IMG/VR virus record: IMGVR_UViG_3300021400_001346
Coordinates: 51,740 to 115,739 of that record
Origin: a virus
Taxonomy: Duplodnaviria > Caudoviricetes
Direction: 5' to 3' (one strand)
Length of the DNA stretch: 64,000 nt
Of the stretch, positions 1 to 9,466 are shown piece by piece; position 1 is the first letter of the stretch; each line of letters begins with the position of its first letter. Position numbers and translations under genes: made by a program. The notes below the pieces were generated by a model. That model was not told the origin of the DNA, did not search any database, and saw only the letters and a program-made list of their open reading frames with translations.

Positions 1-471
1 AAATATCCATATATTGAAGCTAACAACCTTAAAGGTTTACAACCAGGTTTTGTTGTTTCTCAAATGGAAGTCGCCGCAGCTGATTTAAATGCTTTAACAG
101 CTAAAGGTGTTACAGGTTCAATAATGCCTAATGGTGTTATTTGTTCCATTTCTGCTGATGGTATTTGCGAATGGTCAGAAGGTAAACCAATGTTTATCGT
201 TTACAATGAACCATTAAATACTATTTATAATGCAGACGAATTCTATGCTACAAAATTAGCAAACGAAAACCCAAGACTTGTCCAATTAATCCCTGGTGAT
301 GAATGGATGGCAAGTGGTACAGTAGCAGATCACGTTGGTTTACAAGCTGCTATCACAGCAGGCTTAGTAGCAGTTGTTACTGGCACAAGTGGTATGTCAA
401 ACGATGATTGGTTCGACAGTGCTACAATGCCAAATGGCGACGCAGGCGTACATCTTGTTTACCTTGGTTAA
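1..471 (+). CDS. Putative head decoration/capsid-associated protein, 5'-truncated by the window edge
   Basis: Frame is open from base 1 (KYPYIEANNLKG...) to TAA at 469-471; directly upstream of the capsid gene. Function inferred from position only. Confidence 0.5.
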   Translation, partial: KYPYIEANNLKGLQPGFVVSQMEVAAADLNALTAKGVTGSIMPNGVICSISADGICEWSEGKPMFIVYNEPLNTIYNADEFYATKLANENPRLVQLIPGDEWMASGTVADHVGLQAAITAGLVAVVTGTSGMSNDDWFDSATMPNGDAGVHLVYLG

Positions 472-489
472 TAGTGGAGGACGATAACA

Positions 490-1494
490 ATGAATGCACA
501 ATTAAGAAAAGCTTTAATCGCTGCCTATAATGGTCAAGCAGTTGCTGAATTCTCCGCAGAAGATGTCAACGCAGCAGCTATCAAAGGTATTAAAGAAGAA
601 TTAAATTTAACAGACGAATCTACATACAGAGATTTTAGAAAAGTTGAAAATGATGCATTTGCATTAATCGAAGAAACAGTTGATGAAATCTTACCAAAGA
701 AATTAGAAAACGTTTTAGGTAACTTTGCTGAAATCAAATCTTTCCCAAGAGATGCAGAAGTAGTCTTCAATATTGAAAGAATTGGTAAAAATAGAGCAAA
801 ACTTACAATTAGTAAAGGTGCTCGTGGTGGTATTTACAGAGCAGCTAGATTAGGCAACAAATACTTCTCACTTGATGTATCTGTCCAAACAGTTGCAGTT
901 TATGTCACTTTAGAAGAAATTCTCTTAGGCACAATGTCCTTAGCAGAATTATTCAATAACATTTTAGAAGGCTTCGAAGAAATCGTTTACAAAGAAGTTT
1001 TCAATGCATTAGCAACAGGTACTGCAGCAGTTGGTTCAAGAGTTCCTGGTTCAACAACAACCACAAAAGCCGCTTTAGGTGGAGCAATTGACCAAGTTAT
1101 GCCATACGTTAAACAATATGGTGTTCCAACTATCTTCGGTTCTTACGCAGCACTTAGTAACTTATCAAATGATGCCGCTCAATATCACCCAGAACTTTTA
1201 GATTCTGCTGATAAGAGACGTTATGGCTTCATTCAAGAATATAAAGGTAGCCAAGTTGTTGAACTTCCTAACTATTTAGTTGATAGTTCCAACTCCGCAT
1301 GGTTCTATGAAGAAAAATATGTCTTCGTTCTTCCAAGTGGTGCAAAACCAGTTAAAGTTGCTTTAAAAGGCGATATGACAATCATCAAAAATACACAAGC
1401 AGTTGGCTCTGAAAAATGGGAAGCTTCTAAGTTAATTGGTGTTGGTGTCGCAATGGCAAACAACTTCGCAGTTCTTGAAGTTACAGACTTATAG
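490..1494 (+). CDS. Major capsid protein (probable HK97 fold)
   Basis: 334 aa, GGAGG RBS, strongly biased codon usage, followed by an intrinsic terminator; size and position at the start of the morphogenesis module fit a capsid gene. Confidence 0.7.
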   Translation: MNAQLRKALIAAYNGQAVAEFSAEDVNAAAIKGIKEELNLTDESTYRDFRKVENDAFALIEETVDEILPKKLENVLGNFAEIKSFPRDAEVVFNIERIGKNRAKLTISKGARGGIYRAARLGNKYFSLDVSVQTVAVYVTLEEILLGTMSLAELFNNILEGFEEIVYKEVFNALATGTAAVGSRVPGSTTTTKAALGGAIDQVMPYVKQYGVPTIFGSYAALSNLSNDAAQYHPELLDSADKRRYGFIQEYKGSQVVELPNYLVDSSNSAWFYEEKYVFVLPSGAKPVKVALKGDMTIIKNTQAVGSEKWEASKLIGVGVAMANNFAVLEVTDL

Positions 1495-1519
1495 TTTTTA
1501 ACTAAACTTAATATCCACG

Positions 1520-1553
1520 GGAGGGGAGGGTTCCCTCCTCTCCTTTATTTTTT
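1520..1553 (+). terminator. Intrinsic terminator after capsid gene
   Basis: GGAGGGGAGGG-TT-CCCTCCTCTCC stem followed by TTTATTTTTT. Confidence 0.8.
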
Positions 1554-1566
1554 ATAGAAAGGAGAC

Positions 1567-2070
1567 ATGTACATGTCTGACAATAAAAATTTTAAGCTTA
1601 TTAAAGTTACACCAAATAATTTGTTTTTAAGAATTCGTCCACTTGGTATGAATGGAGTTGAAAGAGATTTCTTCTTAACAAATAGAAATCCAGTTCAAGT
1701 TTTGCCAATGGATTGGGCTCTTGGTATTTTCCAAGATAGCGGATTGTTTGAAATGTATCAAAAAGGTTTATTTACTTTTGACGATAATGAAGCCGCTGTT
1801 CAAGCCGCTTATGAAAAAGGTGTTTACTTTGCTGACAAATTAGAATTTACACCAGCAGATCCTAAATTAGCCGAACAAGTTTTAAATGTTTTAAAAAGCG
1901 GAAATAGAGCCGCAATTTTAGACGCTATTAAAACTCATGGTAAAACATTTGTTCAAAACGTTGCAGTTCGTAATTTAGCTGACTTAACACAAGGTGTTGT
2001 TTCTATGCTAGAAAGTACACTTAAAACTCAATTAGTAGTTGACGATTTAGCTGGAGACATCGAAGACTAA
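1567..2070 (+). CDS. Hypothetical protein (head module)
   Basis: 167 aa ORF with AAAGGAG RBS. Confidence 0.7.
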   Translation: MYMSDNKNFKLIKVTPNNLFLRIRPLGMNGVERDFFLTNRNPVQVLPMDWALGIFQDSGLFEMYQKGLFTFDDNEAAVQAAYEKGVYFADKLEFTPADPKLAEQVLNVLKSGNRAAILDAIKTHGKTFVQNVAVRNLADLTQGVVSMLESTLKTQLVVDDLAGDIED

Positions 2071-2093
2071 TTTACTACAGGAGGTAGAGTAAT

Positions 2094-2615
2094 ATGCAAA
2101 ACTGGGATGACATCCTTTATCCATCATTTAGAGCTACTATTCGTGGTGAGTATTATGGCATTATTACTCAAGACGATATCGACGAAGAGTGTTTTTTCCT
2201 TGCGGAAAGAGCTGTCGCCGCGTTTAAATTTCCTCATATTTCTACTGACTATACAATCTTCTATGCGATAAGAGATGCCGACAATGGCTTAGAAACAGTT
2301 GACGCAGACACTGAAGGAGCAATCCCTCATGCTTACTTCAATAATGACCTTACTTATGCCGAAATCGAAATCATTATCGCATGGATGAAAGTTTATTGGG
2401 CAGAAAATCAAATCTCTAATGCCGATAACTTTGACGACATCTATACAGATGTTAATATTAAGACTTATAGCCGTGCCAACATGTTAGATAAGGCTACAAA
2501 CTTATATAAAACTTATCGTGAAAATGCTCGTGAACTTGAAAATCGTTATAGTCGTGTTAACGTTAAGAAAGCCCCAAGTATGGGCGATATTAATGAGGAC
2601 GATGATAATGAATAG
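2094..2615 (+). CDS. Putative head-tail adaptor/connector
   Basis: 173 aa, AGGAGG RBS, helical; position between capsid and tail genes. Function by synteny. Confidence 0.45.
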   Translation: MQNWDDILYPSFRATIRGEYYGIITQDDIDEECFFLAERAVAAFKFPHISTDYTIFYAIRDADNGLETVDADTEGAIPHAYFNNDLTYAEIEIIIAWMKVYWAENQISNADNFDDIYTDVNIKTYSRANMLDKATNLYKTYRENARELENRYSRVNVKKAPSMGDINEDDDNE

Positions 2616-3453
2616 TTTTGAACGTTTTCGTAATCGTCAAAAACAAAGAATAGCAGCAACTGACCAACTTAATAGTCAATTTATTTTTAAAGGTTATCCA
2701 TCTATTAAAATCGAAAATCAAGACGGCATGTTAAAGCAAGCCGCGGTTGTCAACAAGCAAGAGAAAGATCAGGCTTATATTTATACACAACTTGATGACC
2801 CACTAACCATTGGTTCTGTTTGGTCCGCAAAAGGACTACATTGGTTGATTTCTGAAGAAATTATCATTATTAAAGACGTAAAATGGCATAAGTATCTCGC
2901 CTTTTTGTGCAACGTTGAACTTGATGATATGTGGGGATATTTTGTTGGGCCTGAAAAGTCTTACATCAATATCGCATTGCGTGAGAACGTAATGATTGAA
3001 TCCTTACAACATCCTCTTCTCATCTTACCATCTGATGCATTATCATACGAAGACAAAATTATTATCAAAGGGAGACCTTGGATAATACAAGAATATGATA
3101 GCATTAGCACCGAAGGAATTACTTATTATTCTTTGCGCGCAACTACTGTTTCTAAAGAAGTCGCGGCTGAACATAAAGATGAAGAAGTTTATGTTGAAAA
3201 GCATGTTGACAACTTAATCATTCCATCTTTTGAAGATGAAGACGCATCTGATTTTAATGTTAAACCTCAACAACAAATTACTATTACAACCGTTGGTGGA
3301 TATTTTAAATATTCAAACAAAAGTATTAAAGTAATTGCACATACAAGCACATCAGTTATTTTTTATCTACCTTTTGGTGTAGATAAATGTTCCATTGAAA
3401 GAAAGGACAGTGAAGGCAATATTATTGAAGAAACCTATACTGTGGTAGAATAA
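2608..3453 (+). CDS. Putative head closure protein
   Basis: Start re-called at ATG 2608 (MNSFERFR..., GAGGA RBS, overlapping the previous stop); beta-rich; function by synteny. Confidence 0.45.
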   Translation: MNSFERFRNRQKQRIAATDQLNSQFIFKGYPSIKIENQDGMLKQAAVVNKQEKDQAYIYTQLDDPLTIGSVWSAKGLHWLISEEIIIIKDVKWHKYLAFLCNVELDDMWGYFVGPEKSYINIALRENVMIESLQHPLLILPSDALSYEDKIIIKGRPWIIQEYDSISTEGITYYSLRATTVSKEVAAEHKDEEVYVEKHVDNLIIPSFEDEDASDFNVKPQQQITITTVGGYFKYSNKSIKVIAHTSTSVIFYLPFGVDKCSIERKDSEGNIIEETYTVVE

Positions 3454-3454
3454 T

Positions 3455-3961
3455 ATGAAAAGTTTAAAAAATATTAATAAGGCGGTTTTTGAAATCGTTA
3501 CTTTGCTTTTACAAAACGATAATATTAAGAAACTTTTGTTTTGGGACTCCGCCGATGCACTTAGTTTAGAGGTGCCAGACATTTCTATTCAACGTTATAT
3601 TGATGATAAATACATCTGGCTTTATCCCGCCGTTGAAACTGGCATTCAAAATTTTGAACGCAATACTTTCTTAATCGTTAATTTGGAAGAAATTAATTTA
3701 AGAGGTATGGACGCAAACACTAGCGCAAGTGGAGCAATTTATGTAACAACTGATGCAAAACATTCTCTCCTTGATAATAATCAACTTAGATTATTAGTAT
3801 TAGCAGATGAAGTTCGACAATCTTTAGATAATCATAAATTATCTGCGGCTGGTGAATTGCAAATCAATTCTATCCGTCAACAAATGATTAGTGAATTTCG
3901 TAGTGCTTATAGAATTTCTTTTAGTTTGTCAGACCAATCAACTAGAAAGGCGGAAATTTAA
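3455..3961 (+). CDS. Putative tail completion/terminator protein
   Basis: 168 aa, translationally coupled to neighbours, neck position. Confidence 0.4.
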   Translation: MKSLKNINKAVFEIVTLLLQNDNIKKLLFWDSADALSLEVPDISIQRYIDDKYIWLYPAVETGIQNFERNTFLIVNLEEINLRGMDANTSASGAIYVTTDAKHSLLDNNQLRLLVLADEVRQSLDNHKLSAAGELQINSIRQQMISEFRSAYRISFSLSDQSTRKAEI

Positions 3962-4692
3962 TGCAAGATAATTTTGATTTATTCCGTCTTTTTTTAACTA
4001 AAGAAGTTACGATTTATAGTGACGACGGAGCGGCACTTCTTTCAATGAAATGTCCTTCTATTCGTGATACATTAACAGAACATTATTTAAATCTTGCATA
4101 TCAACTATGAACATCTGATATGGAAGAAATCACGAAGAAAACTGGATTACAAGTAAAAAGTTCTTGAGATTTGTTAACAACCATCTTATTTGATTTAGGC
4201 AAATATCGTCAATTCGCCAACTTATATTCCTGTTCTCTTCAAACACTTAAATTTCTTTTTAATGACAAGGTATCTATCAATTTAGGTCTTCACACCCTAA
4301 CCATTGGTGATGTTATTATGACAGAAGAAATTTGAGATTATGTAATTTATCTATTAAAATTATGTTATGGGGTGAAGGTTTCAAAACCTATTCACTTTAA
4401 TACAGACGAGGAACGCCAATGATATTTGGCTCAAAAGAAAAATGAAAACCGCATTCGTGCATTAAGAGAAAAAGGCAGTAAAGATTCTCAAGATGCCATG
4501 CTTAAGATTTTTCTTAATATTACTTACGCGTTTCCTAATTTTACTTTTGATTATTTATTTGATCAAACCATGGCTCAAATTCACTGACTCCAAAGCAAAG
4601 CCGCGGGAGCAGTGTCTTATGAAGTAAAAGCGCAAGCTTATGCGGCTGGTAATATGAAAAAGGGTTCACAACTCGATTTCTTTATTAAATAG
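3961..4692 (+). CDS. Tail-module protein (possible assembly chaperone), 243 aa with 5 in-frame TGA(Trp); absent from the ORF track
   Basis: ATG overlaps the upstream TAA (TAATG); frame open to TAG 4690-4692 except TGA at 4108, 4165, 4333, 4420, 4585; fills the gap up to the tail-tube RBS. Confidence 0.8.
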
Positions 4693-4704
4693 AGGTATAA
4701 AAAC

Positions 4705-5658
4705 ATGGCTTTAAATTATACAAGATTAGGCGGTAGTAGCGCTAATTTCCAACAAATGATTCAACGTTTTGGCGTCGTTACCGTTATGAACGCTAAAGTC
4801 TACGAACCATTCGAAAACGAAGAAATCAAAGATCTTCAAGCTGATGCAATTATTGCAAAATATGATAGCAAAACTGAACTTTGTAAATTAGATACTTTAA
4901 AAATTGCTAATGTTACAGAAGAAGGTCCAACTAAAACAGTTACTGGTGGTCAATATAACAATCCATTAATCAAATTTGGTAAAACCGCAAGACTTGAAAT
5001 GCAAGACGCTTTAGGTAATGCCGCAGCATTAGATGCTTTATGTGGTAGCGTTGCTGAAGTTGATGCATTAGTTAATGGAAAAATTGACTATAGTACAGTT
5101 TTTGCTCTTCATTTTGGTTCTGATTTCTCTGGTCCAAAATGTATTATTGGTGAGTCTTTCTTTATCGATCAAAAGAGCGGACAACAAGTTCCTGTTAAAA
5201 TTATTTTCTATCAATTCCTTCCAGATTCATTATTTAATTTAACACAAGATGCTGAAGGAGATGCAACTGTCTTCGATATGAATGGTGACTTATTAGCTAC
5301 TGATATTACTATTAAAGATATTAATGGCAGCAAAATTCCTTATGGTGTTTTCTATTCAATTGTTGATGCAGAACCTAAGACTTCTTGGTTAGATAATGAT
5401 TATTATACTTTAGAACAACAATCAACTGAAACTGAGGCCAATGGTATTGTAACTGTATATAGTGTCCATATCACAAACAATACTCGTAGCCTACTCTTAG
5501 ATGGACAAGCAATTGCACCAGTTGAGACAGAAACGCCAACTCCAGTAGCTAGAATCCAAGATCCAGATACTTTAGAAGACTTAGCTAGCGGAAAATTAAT
5601 TATCACAGATATCAATGGTAAAAATATTAAGATGATCGTCCCACTTGTTTTTGCCTAG
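4705..5658 (+). CDS. Major tail (tube) protein
   Basis: 317 aa; LDTLKIANVTEEGPTKTVTGGQYNNPLIKFGKTARLEMQDAL resembles tail-tube proteins of SPbeta-like siphoviruses; followed by a terminator. Confidence 0.65.
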   Translation: MALNYTRLGGSSANFQQMIQRFGVVTVMNAKVYEPFENEEIKDLQADAIIAKYDSKTELCKLDTLKIANVTEEGPTKTVTGGQYNNPLIKFGKTARLEMQDALGNAAALDALCGSVAEVDALVNGKIDYSTVFALHFGSDFSGPKCIIGESFFIDQKSGQQVPVKIIFYQFLPDSLFNLTQDAEGDATVFDMNGDLLATDITIKDINGSKIPYGVFYSIVDAEPKTSWLDNDYYTLEQQSTETEANGIVTVYSVHITNNTRSLLLDGQAIAPVETETPTPVARIQDPDTLEDLASGKLIITDINGKNIKMIVPLVFA

Positions 5659-5680
5659 TAATCTTTAACATTTCCATTCA

Positions 5681-5713
5681 GGCTCATAGGGTAAAACCTA
5701 TGAGTTTTTATTT
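5681..5713 (+). terminator. Intrinsic terminator after tail tube gene
   Basis: GGCTCATAGG-GTAAAA-CCTATGAGTT stem plus T-rich tail. Confidence 0.8.
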
Positions 5714-5740
5714 GCCAAAATGAACAAATTTGATTATAAT
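5712..5740 (+). promoter_or_regulatory. Sigma-A-type promoter for the glutaredoxin-nrdD-nrdG cassette
   Basis: TTGCCA(5712)-17 bp-TATAAT(5735). Confidence 0.75.
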
Positions 5741-5773
5741 ATATTTACACACTAGCGTGTAAAGGAGATTTAT

Positions 5774-5983
5774 ATGGACGATAGTATCAAAGTATATTCT
5801 TTGCCAACATGCGGCATGTGTAAAATGTTAAAGCGCTCTTTAGACGCACACAACATTCCTTACACCACATGCGAAGATATAGACATCATGGCTAAAATGA
5901 ATATCAAAAGCGTACCCGTCTTAAGCGTCAACGGGACACTTTACAATTTTAAAGACGCACTTGACTGAGTTAATAGGAGATAG
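5774..5983 (+). CDS. Glutaredoxin/NrdH-like redoxin (69 aa)
   Basis: YSLPTCGMC redox motif and SVPVL; reading TGA 5966 as Trp gives ...DALDWVNRR* ending at TAG 5981-5983. Confidence 0.85.
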
Positions 5984-5987
5984 CATC

Positions 5988-7835
5988 ATGAAACCAGACA
6001 CAACTGAAAACAAAATTGCATTTATGCAAAAGTACATGGTTGCCCAAAATGCGGCGACCGGTAGTGACGTTGACTCAAATGCCAACGTTGCTAATAAAAA
6101 CATCGCAACCTTATTTGCCGAACTTCCTAAAAAAGACATTATTGCACTTAATCGTGAATTAATGCGCATTAAACTTACAGAACGTTTTGGTAAAACTCTT
6201 GCCGAACAATATGAAAAAGATTTAGCACATCATATCATTTACAAACACGATGAAACATCAATCTATCCATATTGTTGTTCAATTTCCCTTTATCCATTCT
6301 TACTTGATGGACTTACTAAAATTGGAGGCTCTTCAACTGCACCAAAGCACTTAGATTCCTTCTGCGGCGGCTTTATTAACTTAATGTTCTTAGTTGCTGG
6401 CCAATTTGCAGGAGCAACCGCCACACCTGAATTCCTCACCTACTTCGATCACTTCGCGCGTATCGACTATGGTGAAGATTACATTAGCCATCTTGACGAT
6501 GTAGTTGAACATTTAAAGAGCGGCAAAATTACTTTGCGTGAAAAGATTTATCATTACTTTGCTCAAGTAGTTTATACAATCAATCAACCTGCGGGCGCCC
6601 GTGGCTATCAAAGCCTTTTCTGGAACATCGCATACTTTGATAAAGACTACTTTGCCTCAATTTTTGAAAACTTCTACTTCCTAGATGGCGATGCACCAAA
6701 ATGGGAAACTACAAAAGAACTTCAAAAACTCTTTATGAAATGGTTTAACCAAGAACGTTTAAAGAGTGTTCTTACCTTCCCAGTTGAAACCGCTAATATG
6801 CACACAGTTGGCGGCAAATATTCTGATACAGAAATGGCAGACTTTTTTGCTCAAATGTGGGCAGAAGGTGCATCCTTCTTCATGTATCAAAGTGATAGTG
6901 TAGATTCACTTTCATCTTGTTGCAGACTTCGTAACGGCATTGAAGATAACACCTTCTCATATACACTTGGCGCCGGCGGCATTGAAACTGGCTCTAAAGG
7001 TGTTATTACTCTCAACCTTAATCGTATTGTTCAAGATTGGTCTAAATCTACTTCCGACGACTTAAAAGAATATTTAACTGTCATCGTAAAACGTGTTCAT
7101 CAATACCTCGATGCCTTTAATGACATCATCTGGGATTATAAGCGCGCGGGATTATTAACTATCTATAACGCCGGATTCATCGACCTTGACAAGCAATACC
7201 TTACTATTGGTATTAATGGTTTCGTTGAAGGTGCTGAATTCTTAGGCATCCCAATTAATCCAGACGACGCCGCTTACCAAGACTATGCTAAAGCCATTCT
7301 TGAAACAATTAAAGACCTCAACATCGCGGCACGTACTGAACACTGCAAATTCAATACAGAATTCGTTCCTGCCGAATCATTAGGTGTTAAAAATGCAAAA
7401 TGGGACCGCAAAGATGGCTATGAAGTTCCAAGAGATTGTTACAACTCTTATTTCTACATCGTTGAAGACCACGATATTGACCCAGTAATTAAATTCCGCT
7501 ATCAAGGAATTAAGTTCACCGGATGCTGTGATGGCGGCAGTGCCTTACACAACAACCTCGATGAACATCTCAGCGCGGCGCAATATAGACTTCTTATGGA
7601 CATTGCTATCGCCGAAGGTTGTAACTACTTCACTTACAATGTCATGAATACCATCTGTAATCATTGCGGTCACATTAGTAAGCATACCTTTGATAAGTGT
7701 CCAAAATGTGGTTCAACAGATGTAGATTATGCAACTCGTGTTATTGGATATTTAAAACGTATTAGTTCATTTAGCGCGGCTCGTCAAGCAGAGGCCGATC
7801 GTAGAGCATATTTGGGGTTAAAAGAAGAAAAATAG
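5988..7835 (+). CDS. nrdD: Anaerobic (class III) ribonucleoside-triphosphate reductase
   Basis: TFPVET, SSCCRL thiyl loop, CNHC..CPKC zinc site, glycyl-radical motif TRVIGYL; start at ATG 5988 after AGGAG. Confidence 0.95.
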   Translation: MKPDTTENKIAFMQKYMVAQNAATGSDVDSNANVANKNIATLFAELPKKDIIALNRELMRIKLTERFGKTLAEQYEKDLAHHIIYKHDETSIYPYCCSISLYPFLLDGLTKIGGSSTAPKHLDSFCGGFINLMFLVAGQFAGATATPEFLTYFDHFARIDYGEDYISHLDDVVEHLKSGKITLREKIYHYFAQVVYTINQPAGARGYQSLFWNIAYFDKDYFASIFENFYFLDGDAPKWETTKELQKLFMKWFNQERLKSVLTFPVETANMHTVGGKYSDTEMADFFAQMWAEGASFFMYQSDSVDSLSSCCRLRNGIEDNTFSYTLGAGGIETGSKGVITLNLNRIVQDWSKSTSDDLKEYLTVIVKRVHQYLDAFNDIIWDYKRAGLLTIYNAGFIDLDKQYLTIGINGFVEGAEFLGIPINPDDAAYQDYAKAILETIKDLNIAARTEHCKFNTEFVPAESLGVKNAKWDRKDGYEVPRDCYNSYFYIVEDHDIDPVIKFRYQGIKFTGCCDGGSALHNNLDEHLSAAQYRLLMDIAIAEGCNYFTYNVMNTICNHCGHISKHTFDKCPKCGSTDVDYATRVIGYLKRISSFSAARQAEADRRAYLGLKEEK

Positions 7836-7836
7836 T

Positions 7837-8301
7837 ATGTTAAAATACGATTCTACACTAGTCACTTTTACCGAAGTGCCTGATGAAATTTCTTTATGTT
7901 TTAACATTTCCAACTGCCCTTGTCATTGCCAGGATTGCTTCGAACCTTGGCTTAGAGAAGATCGCGGCGACCCATTGACTTTAAAGGCAGTGTGCAGCGA
8001 ATTGGAAAAACATCCTCATGTAACCTGTGTATGCTGGATGGGAGGAGATGCAGATTATGATGCATTAATCAGACTATCAACTGCTTTAACATTTGTTATG
8101 CCTTCCTTAAAAATTGCTATGTATAGCGGCAGACCTGAAATGTCATTTCCTCTCGCCGATTATCTTGACTATTATAAAATTGGCCCTTATATGCCGCAAT
8201 ATGGTCCGCTTAATAAAACTACCACCAATCAACGTTTTTATAAAAAGGTAAACGATAATTGAACTGATATTACTTATCGTTTCCAAGAAAAGAAGGATTA
8301 A
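7837..8301 (+). CDS. nrdG: Anaerobic RNR activating enzyme (radical SAM)
   Basis: CxxxCxxC (CPCHCQDC), KIGPY, TTNQRFY; TGA 8260 as Trp gives the typical C-terminal WTDITYRFQ. Confidence 0.92.
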
Positions 8302-8318
8302 TTCCTTCTTTTTTCTTT
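8285..8318 (+). terminator. Intrinsic terminator after nrdG
   Basis: AAGAAGGA-TTAAT-TCCTTCTT followed by TTTTCTTT. Confidence 0.7.
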
Positions 8319-8328
8319 ATGCTGGAAA

Positions 8329-8357
8329 TTGATAATTTCGTTTTAGCTGGTTATACT
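8329..8357 (+). promoter_or_regulatory. Sigma-A-type promoter re-initiating the tail operon
   Basis: TTGATA(8329)-17 bp-TATACT(8352). Confidence 0.65.
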
Positions 8358-8385
8358 ATGACTAGAATTTGAGGAATTATTTTTT

Positions 8386-9087
8386 ATGGAAACTTATAAA
8401 ATCGGAAATAAAATCAAATGTACAATTAGTACATATGCGCCAATTACTATTGGGGATACGCAATTACTCTACGATCAACAACCTTACACTGTATTGAATG
8501 AAGTTGAAGCAAGATTAACTTTTGACGATATCGATACAGTAGGACGTAGTGTCTTTAATCAACTCGTTTACAACAATGCAAATTTACGTTCAATTTCATT
8601 TTCTGATGTAACACTCAATAATAAAATTTTGAATTTAATTTTCCATAAAATTGACGCAAAATTATGCCGCAAATCAGAAAATTGCAACTCAGAAGATAAA
8701 ATTTTATATCTTTCTACTGGGGCAGACACTATTTACCAAGTATTCATTTATGACGCTGATGGTCAACTCGCGGCCGCATTTGGCTCATATGACAATCCAG
8801 ATGAAGGAGTACAATTGCCTGAGGAAGTTGAAGATGGTAATTACATTATCTTTTATTCAGTATTTAGCAATTTAAGTTATGAATTTAAAAATAATCCAAA
8901 CAACTATTTTACTTTAGATTTAGAAATTACTGGAAATAAAAATGATACTACTCATACAATGTTTATACATCTTGATAAATGCGGATTACAAATAGATAAA
9001 AATATGGTCTTTAGTCGTAACGCTAATACAGTTGATTTACGCTTTACGATTATTGATAATAACAACAATTATATTGCATTAGAATAG
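8386..9087 (+). CDS. Hypothetical tail-module protein
   Basis: 233 aa, GAGGA RBS, beta-rich. Confidence 0.7.
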   Translation: METYKIGNKIKCTISTYAPITIGDTQLLYDQQPYTVLNEVEARLTFDDIDTVGRSVFNQLVYNNANLRSISFSDVTLNNKILNLIFHKIDAKLCRKSENCNSEDKILYLSTGADTIYQVFIYDADGQLAAAFGSYDNPDEGVQLPEEVEDGNYIIFYSVFSNLSYEFKNNPNNYFTLDLEITGNKNDTTHTMFIHLDKCGLQIDKNMVFSRNANTVDLRFTIIDNNNNYIALE

Positions 9088-9101
9088 AAAGGAGTCGCAA
9101 T

Positions 9102-9446
9102 ATGAATAATCAAGAATTACAACAAGCAATTCAAGAAATTTTAGATAAAGACAACTACTTTGATGCTATTGAAGCAGCAAATGAGTTTGAAAAAGAATAT
9201 AAAAATAGTGAATTTTTTAAGAAAACTAAAAAGCCTTTAAAAGAAGTTTTACGCGAAGCTAAGGTTTTCTATACATTCAACTTTAAAAAGTTAGGTGAAA
9301 AGGTTCAAACTTTTATTAATGAACTTGACGTTAGTAAACTTAACTCTTTATTTGACCAAATCGCAGCCACTTTTGGTCAAGAAAATCAAGAAATTAATTC
9401 GCAATTAGAAAGTTTAGCAGATTTTAAAAATATTATTGGTAAATAA
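9102..9446 (+). CDS. Putative tail assembly chaperone
   Basis: 114 aa helical protein directly before the tape measure gene; AAAGGAG RBS. Confidence 0.5.
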   Translation: MNNQELQQAIQEILDKDNYFDAIEAANEFEKEYKNSEFFKKTKKPLKEVLREAKVFYTFNFKKLGEKVQTFINELDVSKLNSLFDQIAATFGQENQEINSQLESLADFKNIIGK

Positions 9447-9466
9447 TTTTTACCTGGAGGGAGGCT

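Noticed and set aside
2518-2607. 5' extensions in the ORF track (2518, 5961, 25225, 44389, 50340, 53021, 55055)
   Set aside because: They overlap upstream genes or promoters; downstream ATGs with clear RBSs are better starts.
5747-5760. NrdR box upstream of the nrd cassette
   Set aside because: ACACACTAGCGTGT is a near-palindrome but shorter than, and divergent from, the 16-bp NrdR consensus, and it is single.
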